A stretch of 64,000 nt of DNA from Acidimicrobiia bacterium (GTDB lineage Bacteria > Actinomycetota > Acidimicrobiia > Acidimicrobiales > JANYDT01), in the NCBI GenBank assembly GCA_031385545.1, contig JANNBN010000018.1, positions 33,463 through 97,462 on the forward strand, given 5' to 3'. The notes beneath the pieces are model-generated. The model made no database searches. It was not told where the DNA came from and worked only from the letters and a program-made list of their open reading frames with translations. The position numbers were made by a program, and so were the translations under genes. This document shows, one piece after another, positions 37,890 to 48,279 of this stretch. Numbering within the stretch: position 1 is the stretch's first letter; each line of letters opens with the position of its first letter.

Positions 37890-38909
37890 CTACTCTTCGA
37901 GGTATTCCTTGAGCTTCTGGCTGCGCTGCGGATGGCGCAGTTTGGCCAGCGTCTTGGTTTCGATCTGACGGATGCGTTCACGGGTGACTGCGAACTCTTT
38001 GCCGACCTGTTCCAGCGTGCGGGCCTGGCCATCCTCCAGACCGAAGCGACGACGCACCACGTCACGCTCTCGGTCCGACAATCCTTCGAGAACCAGCTCG
38101 ACAGCCTCGTTGAGCATCGAACGCGTTGCAGCGTCTTCTGGCTTCACCGCCATGGCGTCGTGGATGAAGTCGCCGAGAACCGATCCGTCTTCCTCGCCGA
38201 CCGGCGACTCCAATGACAGCGGGTCATAGGAGATGCGCTGGATCTCACGGACCCGGTCTGCGGTCATGTCGAGACGCAGACCAATTTCTTCCGCGGCCGG
38301 TTCACGGCCCAGTTCTTGCAGCAGGTCACGTTGCGCCCGCGACACCTTCTGGATGATCTCGACCATGTGCACCGGTATGCGAATGGTGCGCGCCTGGTCC
38401 GCGATGGACCGCGTGATGGCCTGACGGATCCACCACGTGGCGTACGTCGAGAACTTGAAACCTTTGGTGTGGTCGAACCGCTCGACCGCACGCATGAGCC
38501 CAAGATTGCCTTCTTGGATGAGGTCGAGCAGCGTCATGCCGCGATTGGCATACCGCTTGGCGATGGAGACCACCAGACGCAAGTTGGCGTTGGTGAGGTC
38601 CCGCTTAGCGTCGTCGCCTGCGTGCTTGGCACGCTCGACCTTTCGCCGGTCCTCCAACGTGAGCGTGAGGCCCTGCGCTGCCGCTTCGGCAAGACGGTTC
38701 TCTGCGATGACGCCCGCGGCGATGGCCGAGGCAAGCCGCACTTCGCCTTCACCGTTGAGCAACGGGAACCGGCCGATGTCTTTCAGGTACTGGCGGACGG
38801 GGTCGGCCGAATAGCCCGATGAAGCGCCGGATGCGCGGCTGTAATCGCGGCCCTGGTCTCGTCCCGGCTCTCGACCTTCTAGGCCTTCTCCGTAGTCAGC
38901 TTCCCCCAT
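37890..38909 (-). CDS. rpoD: Sigma-70 group 1/2 factor (RpoD-like)
   Basis: [46 protein letters not shown] and TRERIRQIE motifs; directly downstream of dnaG. Confidence 0.9.
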   Translation of the reverse strand: MGEADYGEGLEGREPGRDQGRDYSRASGASSGYSADPVRQYLKDIGRFPLLNGEGEVRLASAIAAGVIAENRLAEAAAQGLTLTLEDRRKVERAKHAGDDAKRDLTNANLRLVVSIAKRYANRGMTLLDLIQEGNLGLMRAVERFDHTKGFKFSTYATWWIRQAITRSIADQARTIRIPVHMVEIIQKVSRAQRDLLQELGREPAAEEIGLRLDMTADRVREIQRISYDPLSLESPVGEEDGSVLGDFIHDAMAVKPEDAATRSMLNEAVELVLEGLSDRERDVVRRRFGLEDGQARTLEQVGKEFAVTRERIRQIETKTLAKLRHPQRSQKLKEYLEE

Positions 38910-40822
38910 GTAAGGAACCAGGGTACCAACTGATCCAGTGAAGCGAGGCGAGTGGTGGGTTCGGTCAGTTGCATTTCGTGTTCGCGAAGGAACGGAATGG
39001 CACCAGATTGGGGATGATCGGGTGAACGGCGCAACACATTCACTGCGCGCGCCACGGCTGCACGGACCACGAGAGCAACCAGATCGACGCCATCGGGCGC
39101 CGGCTGCTCGACCGCGAGGCGTTGCAGCAGATGCTCAAGGTCCGGGTCTTCTGTGCACCGATCGATGGCCGGCGCGATGTCACCCGTCTCAAGCAGCAGG
39201 ACACATGCTCGAGCGTGGAGGTCGAACGAGAAGATTCCTTCGACACAGAAATGGATAACCGATTCCGGATCGTGGATCAGTGCTGTGAGCAATTGCTCTT
39301 CGGCTTTGCCGATTCGATTCGTGGCTGCGGTCGCAGTGGTGGTGGGTGAACTGACGCGTCCGACGCTCGCGGGTCGGCGGACCGGCTTCGGGGCCACGCG
39401 CCCGAACGACGGATCGTCGACGGGAATGTCTTCATTCGGGATCTCGCGCGGGGTACCCCGGCGCGTGTCCGCCTTGCCTTTGTCCCGCTCACCGCCGCCA
39501 GGTGTGAGATGCGCCTGAGCTCGCAGGGCAGCAGCACGCCGCGGGTCTGACAATGCTGCGAGCACATCGGACATCATCGACTCGGAGATTCGGCACCGGT
39601 CCGCAACTTCACGCAGGTACTGCTCGCGGACGTAGGGGCTGGGGTGCTCGGAGATCATCGCAGCTGCGTTCTCGAAGACTCGTCCGCGACCCTCGGGAGT
39701 CTTCAGGTCCCCGGCGGCGACCGTGCGCTCGATTCGAAACGCCAGGAACGGGCGGGCGCTGGCAACTGCTGCTCGCAGCGCGTCGGGATCCGAGCGGGCG
39801 AGGTCTGCGGGATCTGCACCGTTCGGCAGCGACACGACAACGAGGTCGATCTCGAACCGCTTCTCCCACTCGTAGAACTTGGCCGCGGCGTTCTGTCCTG
39901 CAGAGTCTGCGTCGTAGGCAAGCACGATGCGCCGGGCGAAGTTCTTCAGCACCTTGAAGTGCTCGTCGGCCAACGCTGTTCCGCACGTGGCAACGGCTCG
40001 TGGCATCCCCGCACGATGAAACGCGATCACATCCGTGTAGCCCTCGCAGACGATCACTTCGCTGTCGTTGACGATGCCTCCTTTTGCCCAGTTGAGCCCG
40101 TACAACGTGCGGCTCTTGGAATAGAGGACGGTCTCCGACGAGTTCTTGTACTTCGGCCCGTCGGCTTCGGGCAATTTGCGTCCGCCGAACGCGATCGCCT
40201 GCCCGCTGACGTCGAAGATCGGAAAGAGGATGCGCGACCGGAAGAAGTCGTTGATGCGCCCCTGGCTGTTGAGGAGCCCGAGCCCCGTGTCCTTCGCAAT
40301 GTCGGTGGGGATGCTGAGTGCCTTGTTGAGCGCATCCCACGAATCAGGCGCCCAGCCCAGTTTGAACGCGCGGACCGCATCACCGTCATAACCGCGTGAT
40401 TTCAAGTATCCACGCGCCGCTCCTGCACCTGGAGACGTGAGCAACTGCTGGTGATACCACTCGACTGCGCGATCCATCGTTTCGCGAAGACGTTCTTTAC
40501 GCTTACGGTCGCGCCCCGACTGTTCGGAGTCATAGCGAACCGCAATGCCGGCCTTGGAAGCCAGACGCTCGACCGCGCTTGCGAAATCGAGGTGCTCCAG
40601 TTCCATGACGAACCGGATGACATCGCCCTTGGCCTGGCACCCGAAGCAGTAGTACAAACCCTTCTCGGGGTTGATCGTGAACGACGGGGACTTCTCGGAA
40701 TGGAACGGGCACAGTCCCTTGAAGCGGTTGCCGACCCGCGACAGTTGCAGGTGCTCGGACGCGACCGCAACAAAGTCTGTCGACTGCCTGACTTTGGCAA
40801 TGTCTTCGTCTGAGATCGCCAC
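38879..40822 (-). CDS. dnaG: DNA primase
   Basis: [17 protein letters not shown] zinc finger; PKYKNS, CEGYTD and YDADSAG motifs; GTG start at 40822. Confidence 0.97.
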   Translation of the reverse strand: MAISDEDIAKVRQSTDFVAVASEHLQLSRVGNRFKGLCPFHSEKSPSFTINPEKGLYYCFGCQAKGDVIRFVMELEHLDFASAVERLASKAGIAVRYDSEQSGRDRKRKERLRETMDRAVEWYHQQLLTSPGAGAARGYLKSRGYDGDAVRAFKLGWAPDSWDALNKALSIPTDIAKDTGLGLLNSQGRINDFFRSRILFPIFDVSGQAIAFGGRKLPEADGPKYKNSSETVLYSKSRTLYGLNWAKGGIVNDSEVIVCEGYTDVIAFHRAGMPRAVATCGTALADEHFKVLKNFARRIVLAYDADSAGQNAAAKFYEWEKRFEIDLVVVSLPNGADPADLARSDPDALRAAVASARPFLAFRIERTVAAGDLKTPEGRGRVFENAAAMISEHPSPYVREQYLREVADRCRISESMMSDVLAALSDPRRAAALRAQAHLTPGGGERDKGKADTRRGTPREIPNEDIPVDDPSFGRVAPKPVRRPASVGRVSSPTTTATAATNRIGKAEEQLLTALIHDPESVIHFCVEGIFSFDLHARACVLLLETGDIAPAIDRCTEDPDLEHLLQRLAVEQPAPDGVDLVALVVRAAVARAVNVLRRSPDHPQSGAIPFLREHEMQLTEPTTRLASLDQLVPWFLTWGKLTTEKA

Positions 40823-40991
40823 AGCCGTAGTTTGGCCTACATCCGAGCGGTGCTCGGATGGCACTCCGATGCAGGGGCCGTTTCCTGGGCCGTTCGCAGC
40901 GAACAAGGCGACGGCCCAAATCAGGCTGAACACCGCTAAAGTCGCGTGGCCATCCCAACCCGAGAACCACGCGTCGACAGGTCAGGCCTAC

Positions 40992-41789
40992 GTGAACCTC
41001 CAGGAAGCCGCCGACCGTCTCGGCGTGCACTACCAGACCCTGTACCGCTGGGTCCGCGCCGGTCAGATCACAGCAGTCAAGAACCAGACTTCGTACGAAG
41101 TGACCGAAGAGGAAATCGACCGATTCGTTGCCCGTCGTGCAGTTCCCACCACCCCACCCGAGCGGGTCGCCGTCCGGAGTTGGGAGAACCAGCGGAAGCA
41201 GCTCTACGACGCGCTCGTCACGGGCGAGGAACTTGAGGCACGGGCCATTACCGATCGCCTGCACGATATGGGCGTCCCGTTGCTTGAACTGTGCGAGGAA
41301 CTCCTGTCCCCCACCATGCGTATGGTGGGGGAAGCGTGGCACGAGGGTGTGGTGTCTGTCGCACAGGAACACCGAGCAACAGCCATTGCGGAACGACTCC
41401 TCGCACGGGTCAGCACCAACCCGCGTGGCCGCCCGCGGGGCACAGCGGTGGTCGTCTCCGCTCCAGGCGATCAACACTCACTTCCTGGCGCAATGGCGGC
41501 GTTGGTCCTGCGCGACGACCGATGGAGGGTTCATCATCTCGGGTCGGCCCTACCGGCTTCTGAACTGATCGATTTCGCAGCGTCGGTGAACACCGACCTC
41601 GTTGTCGTTTCGGTCACCTCGCACCAAGGGACTGAGGACGCCGACGGACACGATGATCAGCAGAACATCCAGAGCCTGGTCCAGGCGCTCCGGTGCAACG
41701 GGCATCGGGTCCTGCTGGGCGCGCCCGGCAGGACCTTGTCCGAGCTTGTCGGGCTGGCGAGATCCGCCGACGACTCGTTGGTTCGCTAG
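40992..41789 (+). CDS. HTH plus cobalamin-binding regulator (CarH/LitR-like)
   Basis: LQEAADRLGVHYQTLYRW HTH, W-x9-EH motif (WHEGVVSVAQEH), GDQHSLPG B12-ligand loop, HLG..LP motif. Start uncertain. Confidence 0.85.
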   Translation: MNLQEAADRLGVHYQTLYRWVRAGQITAVKNQTSYEVTEEEIDRFVARRAVPTTPPERVAVRSWENQRKQLYDALVTGEELEARAITDRLHDMGVPLLELCEELLSPTMRMVGEAWHEGVVSVAQEHRATAIAERLLARVSTNPRGRPRGTAVVVSAPGDQHSLPGAMAALVLRDDRWRVHHLGSALPASELIDFAASVNTDLVVVSVTSHQGTEDADGHDDQQNIQSLVQALRCNGHRVLLGAPGRTLSELVGLARSADDSLVR

Positions 41790-41987
41790 CGGTGCTCACC
41801 CATGTGTGACCAAACGCATGCCGCAATCGACAAACGCACGCGTGTTTGTGCCGTAAGGTGACCGAGCGGCTCAACTTGGGCCATGCGTCTCACCTCACAC
41901 TGTCAATCTGACGGTTCTGCTGGGGAATTCCACTGGAATTCTGAGCACGAGGTACCGGGCGCCGTTTTTGCAGCTCGGAGTTTCCCT

Positions 41988-43538
41988 ATGACGGTCCGCC
42001 GTCCTTCTTCCCCTTCCGGCGCGTCTTCGCGCCCCAACCGCCGCTCCGGTGAGCGTCGGCCGACAGGTCAGTCACACACTGGCCAGCAACATCATCAGCG
42101 CGCTGAGCAATCATCGGGCACCCCGCTGCCACCCAGCTCGCCGGGCCTTCCCATGCTGCCGATCGATGCGTCGTTCGCCGATCTCGGTCTGTCACCGGCA
42201 ATCTGCAAGGTCTTGCAGAACCGTGGCCTCGAGGCACCATTCCCCATCCAACGAGTCACCATTCCGGACGCGTTGACCGGTCGCGACATCCTCGGCCGCG
42301 GCCGCACCGGCTCGGGCAAGACACTCGCCTTCGTGCTTCCGCTCGTCTCACGGCTTGCGGCAAGCCCGACCCGCCGTGCACCGCACCGCCCCCGCGCACT
42401 CATCCTTGCCCCGACACGTGAACTCGTGACGCAGATCAACGAGGCGATGGCACCCTTTGCTGCTGCGCTGGGTCTGAAGACCGCAACGGTTTTCGGCGGT
42501 GTCGGCCACGAGCCACAAGTACGCGCGCTGAGGAACGGCCTCGACGTTCTTGTCGCCTGCCCAGGTCGCCTGTGCGATCACGTGCAAACAGGCAGCGCAG
42601 TCCTTGATGCGATCGAGATCACCGTGCTCGACGAAGCTGACCACATGGCCGACATGGGGTTCCTCCCCGATGTCAAGCGTCTGTTGGACCGCACCCCGAA
42701 CAAGGGCCAGCGGCTGCTGTTCTCCGCAACGCTCGACCAGGGTGTCGATGTGCTGGTGCGCCGCTATCTCGACGATGCACTCACGCACAGCGTGGACCCC
42801 GCAGAATCGCCAGTGGTCGAGATGGAGCACCACGTGCTGCAGGTCAGCGCCGCTGACCGTCTGCCTGTGCTGTTCGACCTCACCGCTGCGCCCGGCAAGA
42901 CCATGGTCTTCACCCGCACAAAACACGGTGCCAAGAAGCTCACGAAGCAGCTCATCGCTGCTGGAGTGCCTGCCGTCGAAATGCACGGCAACCTCGGCCA
43001 GAACGCCCGCCAGCGCAACCTCGAGATGTTCTCCACGGGCAAGGCCAAGACGCTGGTAGCTACCGACGTCGCTGCACGCGGCATCCACGTCGACGACGTC
43101 AGTGTGGTCATCCACGCCGATCCCCCCACCGAGCACAAGGCGTATCTCCACCGATCCGGCCGCACCGCCCGTGCGGGCAACTCCGGTCTGGTGATCACGC
43201 TGGCCACCGACGATCAGATGCGCGATGTCCGCGACCTCACCACCCGTGCGCGCATCCAGGCCACGGTCTCAAAGGTCCGCCTGGGCGACCCGCTGCTGCA
43301 GGATCTCGTCCCCGGTGACCGTGTGCACGTGGAACCCTCGCCAGAAGCGCTGGCACCCGCACCGCAGGCGCAGCGTCCCGGCTCGGGTCGGGCTGGCGGC
43401 GGACGTCCTGGCGGCGGTGGCGGAAGTGGCGGCCCCGGCGGCTCTGTAGGCGCACGCCAGGGAACAGGGTTCCGCGGTGGCCAACGATCCGGTTCGGCCT
43501 CTCGCTCCGGTGGTGGCCGTCCGGCCTCCAGCCGCTGA
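41988..43538 (+). CDS. DEAD-box RNA helicase with Gly/Arg-rich tail
   Basis: TGSGKT, PTREL, DEAD, SAT, ARGIH and HRSGRTAR motifs; GGAG RBS before the ATG at 41988. Confidence 0.96.
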   Translation: MTVRRPSSPSGASSRPNRRSGERRPTGQSHTGQQHHQRAEQSSGTPLPPSSPGLPMLPIDASFADLGLSPAICKVLQNRGLEAPFPIQRVTIPDALTGRDILGRGRTGSGKTLAFVLPLVSRLAASPTRRAPHRPRALILAPTRELVTQINEAMAPFAAALGLKTATVFGGVGHEPQVRALRNGLDVLVACPGRLCDHVQTGSAVLDAIEITVLDEADHMADMGFLPDVKRLLDRTPNKGQRLLFSATLDQGVDVLVRRYLDDALTHSVDPAESPVVEMEHHVLQVSAADRLPVLFDLTAAPGKTMVFTRTKHGAKKLTKQLIAAGVPAVEMHGNLGQNARQRNLEMFSTGKAKTLVATDVAARGIHVDDVSVVIHADPPTEHKAYLHRSGRTARAGNSGLVITLATDDQMRDVRDLTTRARIQATVSKVRLGDPLLQDLVPGDRVHVEPSPEALAPAPQAQRPGSGRAGGGRPGGGGGSGGPGGSVGARQGTGFRGGQRSGSASRSGGGRPASSR

Positions 43539-43555
43539 CCCGAGTTCACGGTCTC

Positions 43556-44725
43556 GTGACCAATCCGGCCCGGACTGACTCCCTGTTGGGGCGGCCATCG
43601 CTTGCGGCACTGGGCTGGAACGACTCCGTCGCAGCCCGGTTCGCATCGATGGGCGAGCTGCCGGAGGTCGAGCCACTTGCCGATGCAGACCCGGAGGACC
43701 GCACCACGTCCAGCCAAGTCATCGTCGGACGCGTCATCGCCGTCCATCGCGGTCGCTGGACGGTAGCCGGGCCGGATGGCCTCGTCGGCGCAGATCTGTT
43801 GGGCATCTACCGGCTGGGCAATCCGCTCGATGTTCCCGCCGTTGGCGACTGGGTCCGTATTCGTCTGCGCGCAGAGGAAGACACCAAAGCCAATGCTGCA
43901 CTTGCGTCGGCAGCAGCAACCGGCGAGAAGACGGCTCTGCTTAGCGGCACCATCCACGACGTTGTCCCGCGTTCGTCCGCGCTGGTCAGAAAGACGGTCG
44001 GCGGCACCAGCGACGGGCAGGTCATTGCCGCGAACGTCGACATCGTGCTCATCGTCGTGCCGCTTGACGCGGATCTCAACCCGCGCCGCATCGAGCGTCA
44101 GCTCACGGCGGTATGGGACAGCGGTGCCCGCCCCGTGCTCGTCGGTACGAAGTGCGATCTCGCAGCGGCCGGTGTCATCGACGCACTGCAAGATGCTGCT
44201 GGTGATGTACCGGCATTGATCACCTCTGCGGTCACCGGCGAGGGCCTCGACGCGGTAGCGACGCTGGCGCAGCCGGGCGTATCGCTGGTGCTGCTGGGCA
44301 CCTCCGGAGCAGGCAAGTCGTCGATCGTGAACCGACTCGTCGGGTCACAGGTGATGGCCACGCAGACGATGGGCGTTGCAGGCAAGGGCCGGCACACGAC
44401 GACACACCGGGAGCTGCTCGCCCTTCCGTCGGGTGCCCTCTTGATCGACACACCCGGTATGCGTGAAATGGGGCTGTGGATGTCTGGCGGTGAAGACGGT
44501 GTCGCCGCCACATTCGCCGAGATCGACGAGGTGGCAGAGGAATGCCGCTTCTCCGATTGCGGGCACGAAGGCGACGCCGGCTGTGCCATTGCCGCAGCTA
44601 TCGGAACTGGCCTGATCGACCCGGTGAGGGTGGTCGCGTGGAAACGTCTGCACACAGAGCAACAGGCAAACGCAAAACGAGCCGAAGCCCGCACAAAGGG
44701 AACCGGACGGTCCCGGCGACGTTGA
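43556..44725 (+). CDS. rsgA: Ribosome small subunit-dependent GTPase A
   Basis: TKCD, GTSGAGKSS, GRHTTT and DTPG motifs; CRFSDCGHEGDAGC zinc motif. Confidence 0.95.
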   Translation: MTNPARTDSLLGRPSLAALGWNDSVAARFASMGELPEVEPLADADPEDRTTSSQVIVGRVIAVHRGRWTVAGPDGLVGADLLGIYRLGNPLDVPAVGDWVRIRLRAEEDTKANAALASAAATGEKTALLSGTIHDVVPRSSALVRKTVGGTSDGQVIAANVDIVLIVVPLDADLNPRRIERQLTAVWDSGARPVLVGTKCDLAAAGVIDALQDAAGDVPALITSAVTGEGLDAVATLAQPGVSLVLLGTSGAGKSSIVNRLVGSQVMATQTMGVAGKGRHTTTHRELLALPSGALLIDTPGMREMGLWMSGGEDGVAATFAEIDEVAEECRFSDCGHEGDAGCAIAAAIGTGLIDPVRVVAWKRLHTEQQANAKRAEARTKGTGRSRRR

Positions 44726-44753
44726 GTGGACGCCCGCCGCTCCGTTCGTCGGG

Positions 44754-45692
44754 TCAGGCAGTGAGCTTGCGGTGATCCGATGGGCTCACGCCGCGTACTC
44801 GCTTGAACGCTGCGCTCAACGCGTACGGCGTCGCGTACCCAACACTCGACGCAACGGCAGCCAGCCCACGTGTTGGTTCACGCAGTTGATCCGCCGCAAG
44901 CGATAGTCGCCAATCGGTGAGGTACTGCATGGGGGGTTGGCCGACCAACTCGTTGAAACGCCGAGCGAAGGCTGCCCTGGAACATCCAGCTGCGGCCGCA
45001 AGGCTGGCCACGGTCCATGGCCGAGCAGGCTCGTGCTGCATCAACCGCAGGGCTGGACCCACAAGAGGGTCGCTGTGAGCCCGGTACCACGCTGGAGCAT
45101 CGGCTCCCCTTCGGTCGAACCACGTCCGTAACGAGCTGATGAGGAGCAGGTCCAGAAGCCGGTCAAGTACCGCCTGCTGGCCCGGGACGCTCTTTCCGAT
45201 TTCCTGCGACAGCAGCTCGACGATCGGGGTCGCCACCTCGGCGGCACCCAAGTGGATGTACCGCGGCAGCGATGCGAGGAGGCGCCGGTCCAGGTCGCCG
45301 CTCATCTGGTACGAACCGGTGAGCATCACCGCGGCGCGCTCGTGATCTGCGTTGCCCCACGTACGCACGCCGAGCATCATGACGTCGTGCAGTTCGACCC
45401 CGTCGAGCGTGGTGCAGCGCTGGCCGGGGTGGATCACGATCCCAGCAGGTGTGGCTCGATCGTCGGCCACTTCATACGGGTCGGGACCGCGCATGATACC
45501 CACGTCGCCAACTTCGACTTGCATGCATTCTCCGTCATCGAAGCGAACGCAGCATGCTCCGTGCAGGACCGCGACGATCGTCACCGGCGCTTCGTCCTGG
45601 ATACGCAGACCCCAGGGAGGTGCCATGACCGCCTTGACCACGAACGCGTTCTGGGCCCGGGGACCATCGAGGACCGATGTCAGTTCGTCCAT
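44754..45692 (-). CDS. AraC-family regulator with cupin domain
   Basis: PWTVASLA, SRAAFARRF and VGYATPYALSAAFKR motifs; start at the ATG at 45692. Confidence 0.92.
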   Translation of the reverse strand: MDELTSVLDGPRAQNAFVVKAVMAPPWGLRIQDEAPVTIVAVLHGACCVRFDDGECMQVEVGDVGIMRGPDPYEVADDRATPAGIVIHPGQRCTTLDGVELHDVMMLGVRTWGNADHERAAVMLTGSYQMSGDLDRRLLASLPRYIHLGAAEVATPIVELLSQEIGKSVPGQQAVLDRLLDLLLISSLRTWFDRRGADAPAWYRAHSDPLVGPALRLMQHEPARPWTVASLAAAAGCSRAAFARRFNELVGQPPMQYLTDWRLSLAADQLREPTRGLAAVASSVGYATPYALSAAFKRVRGVSPSDHRKLTA

Positions 45693-45772
45693 CCGGAAAA
45701 TGTAGACGATTACGTATGTTCTTTGTACGAATGGCCATGGATCATCTCGATCCAATTCGATTTGCTAGGGGC

Positions 45773-46399
45773 ATGAAGAAACACCTCACACAACCCATCC
45801 GGCAGGCCACTCTCTTTTCTCCCGACTATCTGGATGTGCGTCGGGCCATCGCAAAGCGATCGTTCGCCACCGTGGCCTCGTGCTCATCGGCTGGTCGACC
45901 ACACGCCGTTGGGGTCATCTACGCCGACGTCGACGGGGTCCTTTACATCAGCACAGACCGTTCAAGCCGGAAGGCCCGCAACATCAGGGCCAACCCGGAC
46001 GTGTTCGTCAGCATCGCTGTGCGACGGATTCCGGTCGGTGCCCCACCGTCCAGCATTCAGTTCCGGGGCACTGCCGAGATCCTCGCCGTCGGTCATCCAG
46101 ATGTGGTCGAGCTGGGTCGGGCCGGCGCGTTGAAGGCAATCGCAAGCCACGGTGAACTTGAGCGCCCGGACATCTGTCTCCTTCGCGTCACCCCGGGCCG
46201 AACGATCCACACGTACGGCCTCGGCATGTCGCTGCGTGCGCTGGCCAAGGACCCGCTCAACGCTGCCGGAGAAGTGACGAACCCGGCGTCGCTCTTCCGC
46301 AGCGGACCGACCACCGGACCAACCCGCGATTCGACCCTCGAATCAACCCGTGATTCAACCTGTGCTTCAACCTGTGGTTCAGCGATGGTTCTGCGTTAG
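45773..46399 (+). CDS. Pyridoxamine 5'-phosphate oxidase-like (split beta-barrel) protein
   Basis: ATVAS..GRPH and SRKARNIRANPDV motifs; divergent from the AraC gene. Confidence 0.8.
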   Translation: MKKHLTQPIRQATLFSPDYLDVRRAIAKRSFATVASCSSAGRPHAVGVIYADVDGVLYISTDRSSRKARNIRANPDVFVSIAVRRIPVGAPPSSIQFRGTAEILAVGHPDVVELGRAGALKAIASHGELERPDICLLRVTPGRTIHTYGLGMSLRALAKDPLNAAGEVTNPASLFRSGPTTGPTRDSTLESTRDSTCASTCGSAMVLR

Positions 46400-46409
46400 A
46401 ACAACAGAC

Positions 46410-47279
46410 ATGGACATCACCCCGGCAGCTGGTTCGCTCGGCGCTTTCGTGAGCGGCGTCGATCTCACCCGACCCCTCGAAATTGACCAGCTTGCTGGTG
46501 TCCGTCAGGCACTTGCCGATCATCTTGTGGTGTTCTTCCGCAAACAGACGATGACGCTCGACGATCTTGAACGGCTCACCGACCAACTGGGCGGCCGAGA
46601 CGTCACTCCGTTCGTCAAGCCGCTGGCCGAACGGCCATTTGTCATTCGGGTCATCAAAGAGGCACACGACGAATTGAACTTCGCAAACGCATGGCACTCG
46701 GACCTCACGTACTTGCAAGCTCCTCCGTCATTCACGCTGCTGCACGCGTGGGATGTGCCGGTGGCAGGTGGCGACACGCTGTGGTCCAACCAGTACATCG
46801 CGTACGAGCAGCTCTCGCCGGGACTGCAGGTCACGCTGCGCAGCCTGAACGCAGTGCATTCGGCAGGGCCCGCATACGGCACGGGCGGATATCTCGAAAA
46901 AGTTGCATCGAAAACGTCGATGGCGATCGAACCCTCCGCCGAAGCGCACCGCACGCAGACCCACCCAATCGTCACCGAGCACCCGGATACGGGCCGACCC
47001 GTGCTGTTCCTCAACCCTGTCTACGCCCACAGCATCGAAGGCTGGACCCATGCGGAGTCAGCGGCGTTGATGCAGCACCTGTTCAGGCTGTCAGTCAATG
47101 AGAACTTCACGTGTCGCCTGCATTGGGAGCGCCACACACTGGCGATCTGGGACAACCGCTGCACCATGCACAACGCGCTCAACGACTATTCGGGGGTGCG
47201 TCGCGAGATGTTCAGGACCAGCGTGAAAGGCACCGTTCCGATGGCCTATCCGATGGCCTATCCGACCGGCGGACCGTAG
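46410..47279 (+). CDS. TauD/TfdA-family 2-oxoglutarate dioxygenase
   Basis: WHSDLT, GGDTLW, HPDTGR and WDNRCTMH motifs. Confidence 0.93.
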   Translation: MDITPAAGSLGAFVSGVDLTRPLEIDQLAGVRQALADHLVVFFRKQTMTLDDLERLTDQLGGRDVTPFVKPLAERPFVIRVIKEAHDELNFANAWHSDLTYLQAPPSFTLLHAWDVPVAGGDTLWSNQYIAYEQLSPGLQVTLRSLNAVHSAGPAYGTGGYLEKVASKTSMAIEPSAEAHRTQTHPIVTEHPDTGRPVLFLNPVYAHSIEGWTHAESAALMQHLFRLSVNENFTCRLHWERHTLAIWDNRCTMHNALNDYSGVRREMFRTSVKGTVPMAYPMAYPTGGP

Positions 47280-47306
47280 CCCCAGCGACGAAGACCTGCT
47301 GGCTTT

Positions 47307-48218
47307 TCACGCCAACTGCGCCGCTACCTCGGCGTCGAACTTCGCATAGGCATCGAGGCGTTGCTGCAAACTCTTGCCAAGGGTGAAGTCCGGCAGGATG
47401 AACTCGTTGATGCCTGCTTCTTTGTAGGCGCCCATACACTCGACAAGGTAAGACGTCGACCCGATCAGCGCGCGGTCAGCCGGCGCGTTGGCACGGATCT
47501 TGTCGGCAGTTGCGGGGTCGTCGACCATGAACACCAAGGCCTGCGTGCTGCGGTGCTGCCTGGCCGGATCACGGCCCTCCAGTTCGCACGCACGGTTCAT
47601 CGCGACGGCAGCGCCGCTGACCTGCTCCGGCGTGCCCCACACGTTCCACTCGGTGGCCCATTTCGCCGCGATGCGCGACATGCGCGGCCCCGAAGTTCCG
47701 ACGGTGATGGGCAGCGGGGATTGGACCGGTTTCGGCTCGCACGGCGCATCGTCGACGGTGAAGAACCTGCCATGGAAGGTGGTGCGAGATTCAGACCCCA
47801 TCAGGCGGATGATCTGGATGGCTTCTTCGAACCGGTCGACGCGGTCCTTCGCCTCGAACAGCTCGATGCCATAGGCGGCGTGCTCGTTGATCTGCCATCC
47901 GGCGCCGAGGCCCAGGGTGAGGCGTCCACCCGAGATCCGGTCGACGGTCGCGGCACGGTTGGCCATGACTGCCGGGTGGTGGATGGTGGTCGGCGAAACC
48001 AAGGTACCAATGCGTACCCGCTTGGTATGAGCCGCAAGCGCACCCATGACCGCCCAGGCTTCCAGGGCCGGACTGTCGCTGCGGTCAGACGAATCCGTGT
48101 TGCCCATGTAGTGATCGGCGTACCACAGGCAATGCCAGTTCCCCTGGTCCACCGCAGTTGAGAACGCAGCAAGGTCTTCCCACGGGTGGGCATAGTTCGG
48201 CCAAACGGAGAAGAGCAT
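47307..48218 (-). CDS. LLM-class (probably F420-dependent) oxidoreductase
   Basis: WYADH, TVDRISGGRLTLGLGAGW..EH and PKPVQSPLP motifs. Confidence 0.9.
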   Translation of the reverse strand: MLFSVWPNYAHPWEDLAAFSTAVDQGNWHCLWYADHYMGNTDSSDRSDSPALEAWAVMGALAAHTKRVRIGTLVSPTTIHHPAVMANRAATVDRISGGRLTLGLGAGWQINEHAAYGIELFEAKDRVDRFEEAIQIIRLMGSESRTTFHGRFFTVDDAPCEPKPVQSPLPITVGTSGPRMSRIAAKWATEWNVWGTPEQVSGAAVAMNRACELEGRDPARQHRSTQALVFMVDDPATADKIRANAPADRALIGSTSYLVECMGAYKEAGINEFILPDFTLGKSLQQRLDAYAKFDAEVAAQLA

Positions 48219-48279
48219 CTGAGCAACCTACCTGGACTGTTCAGATCGGACACGGACCGCACCGCTACAGTCGTCCCCT

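Noticed and set aside
40823-40991. Cobalamin riboswitch before the B12-binding regulator
   Set aside because: Hairpins are present, but I could not find the conserved B12-box or GGGAA core.
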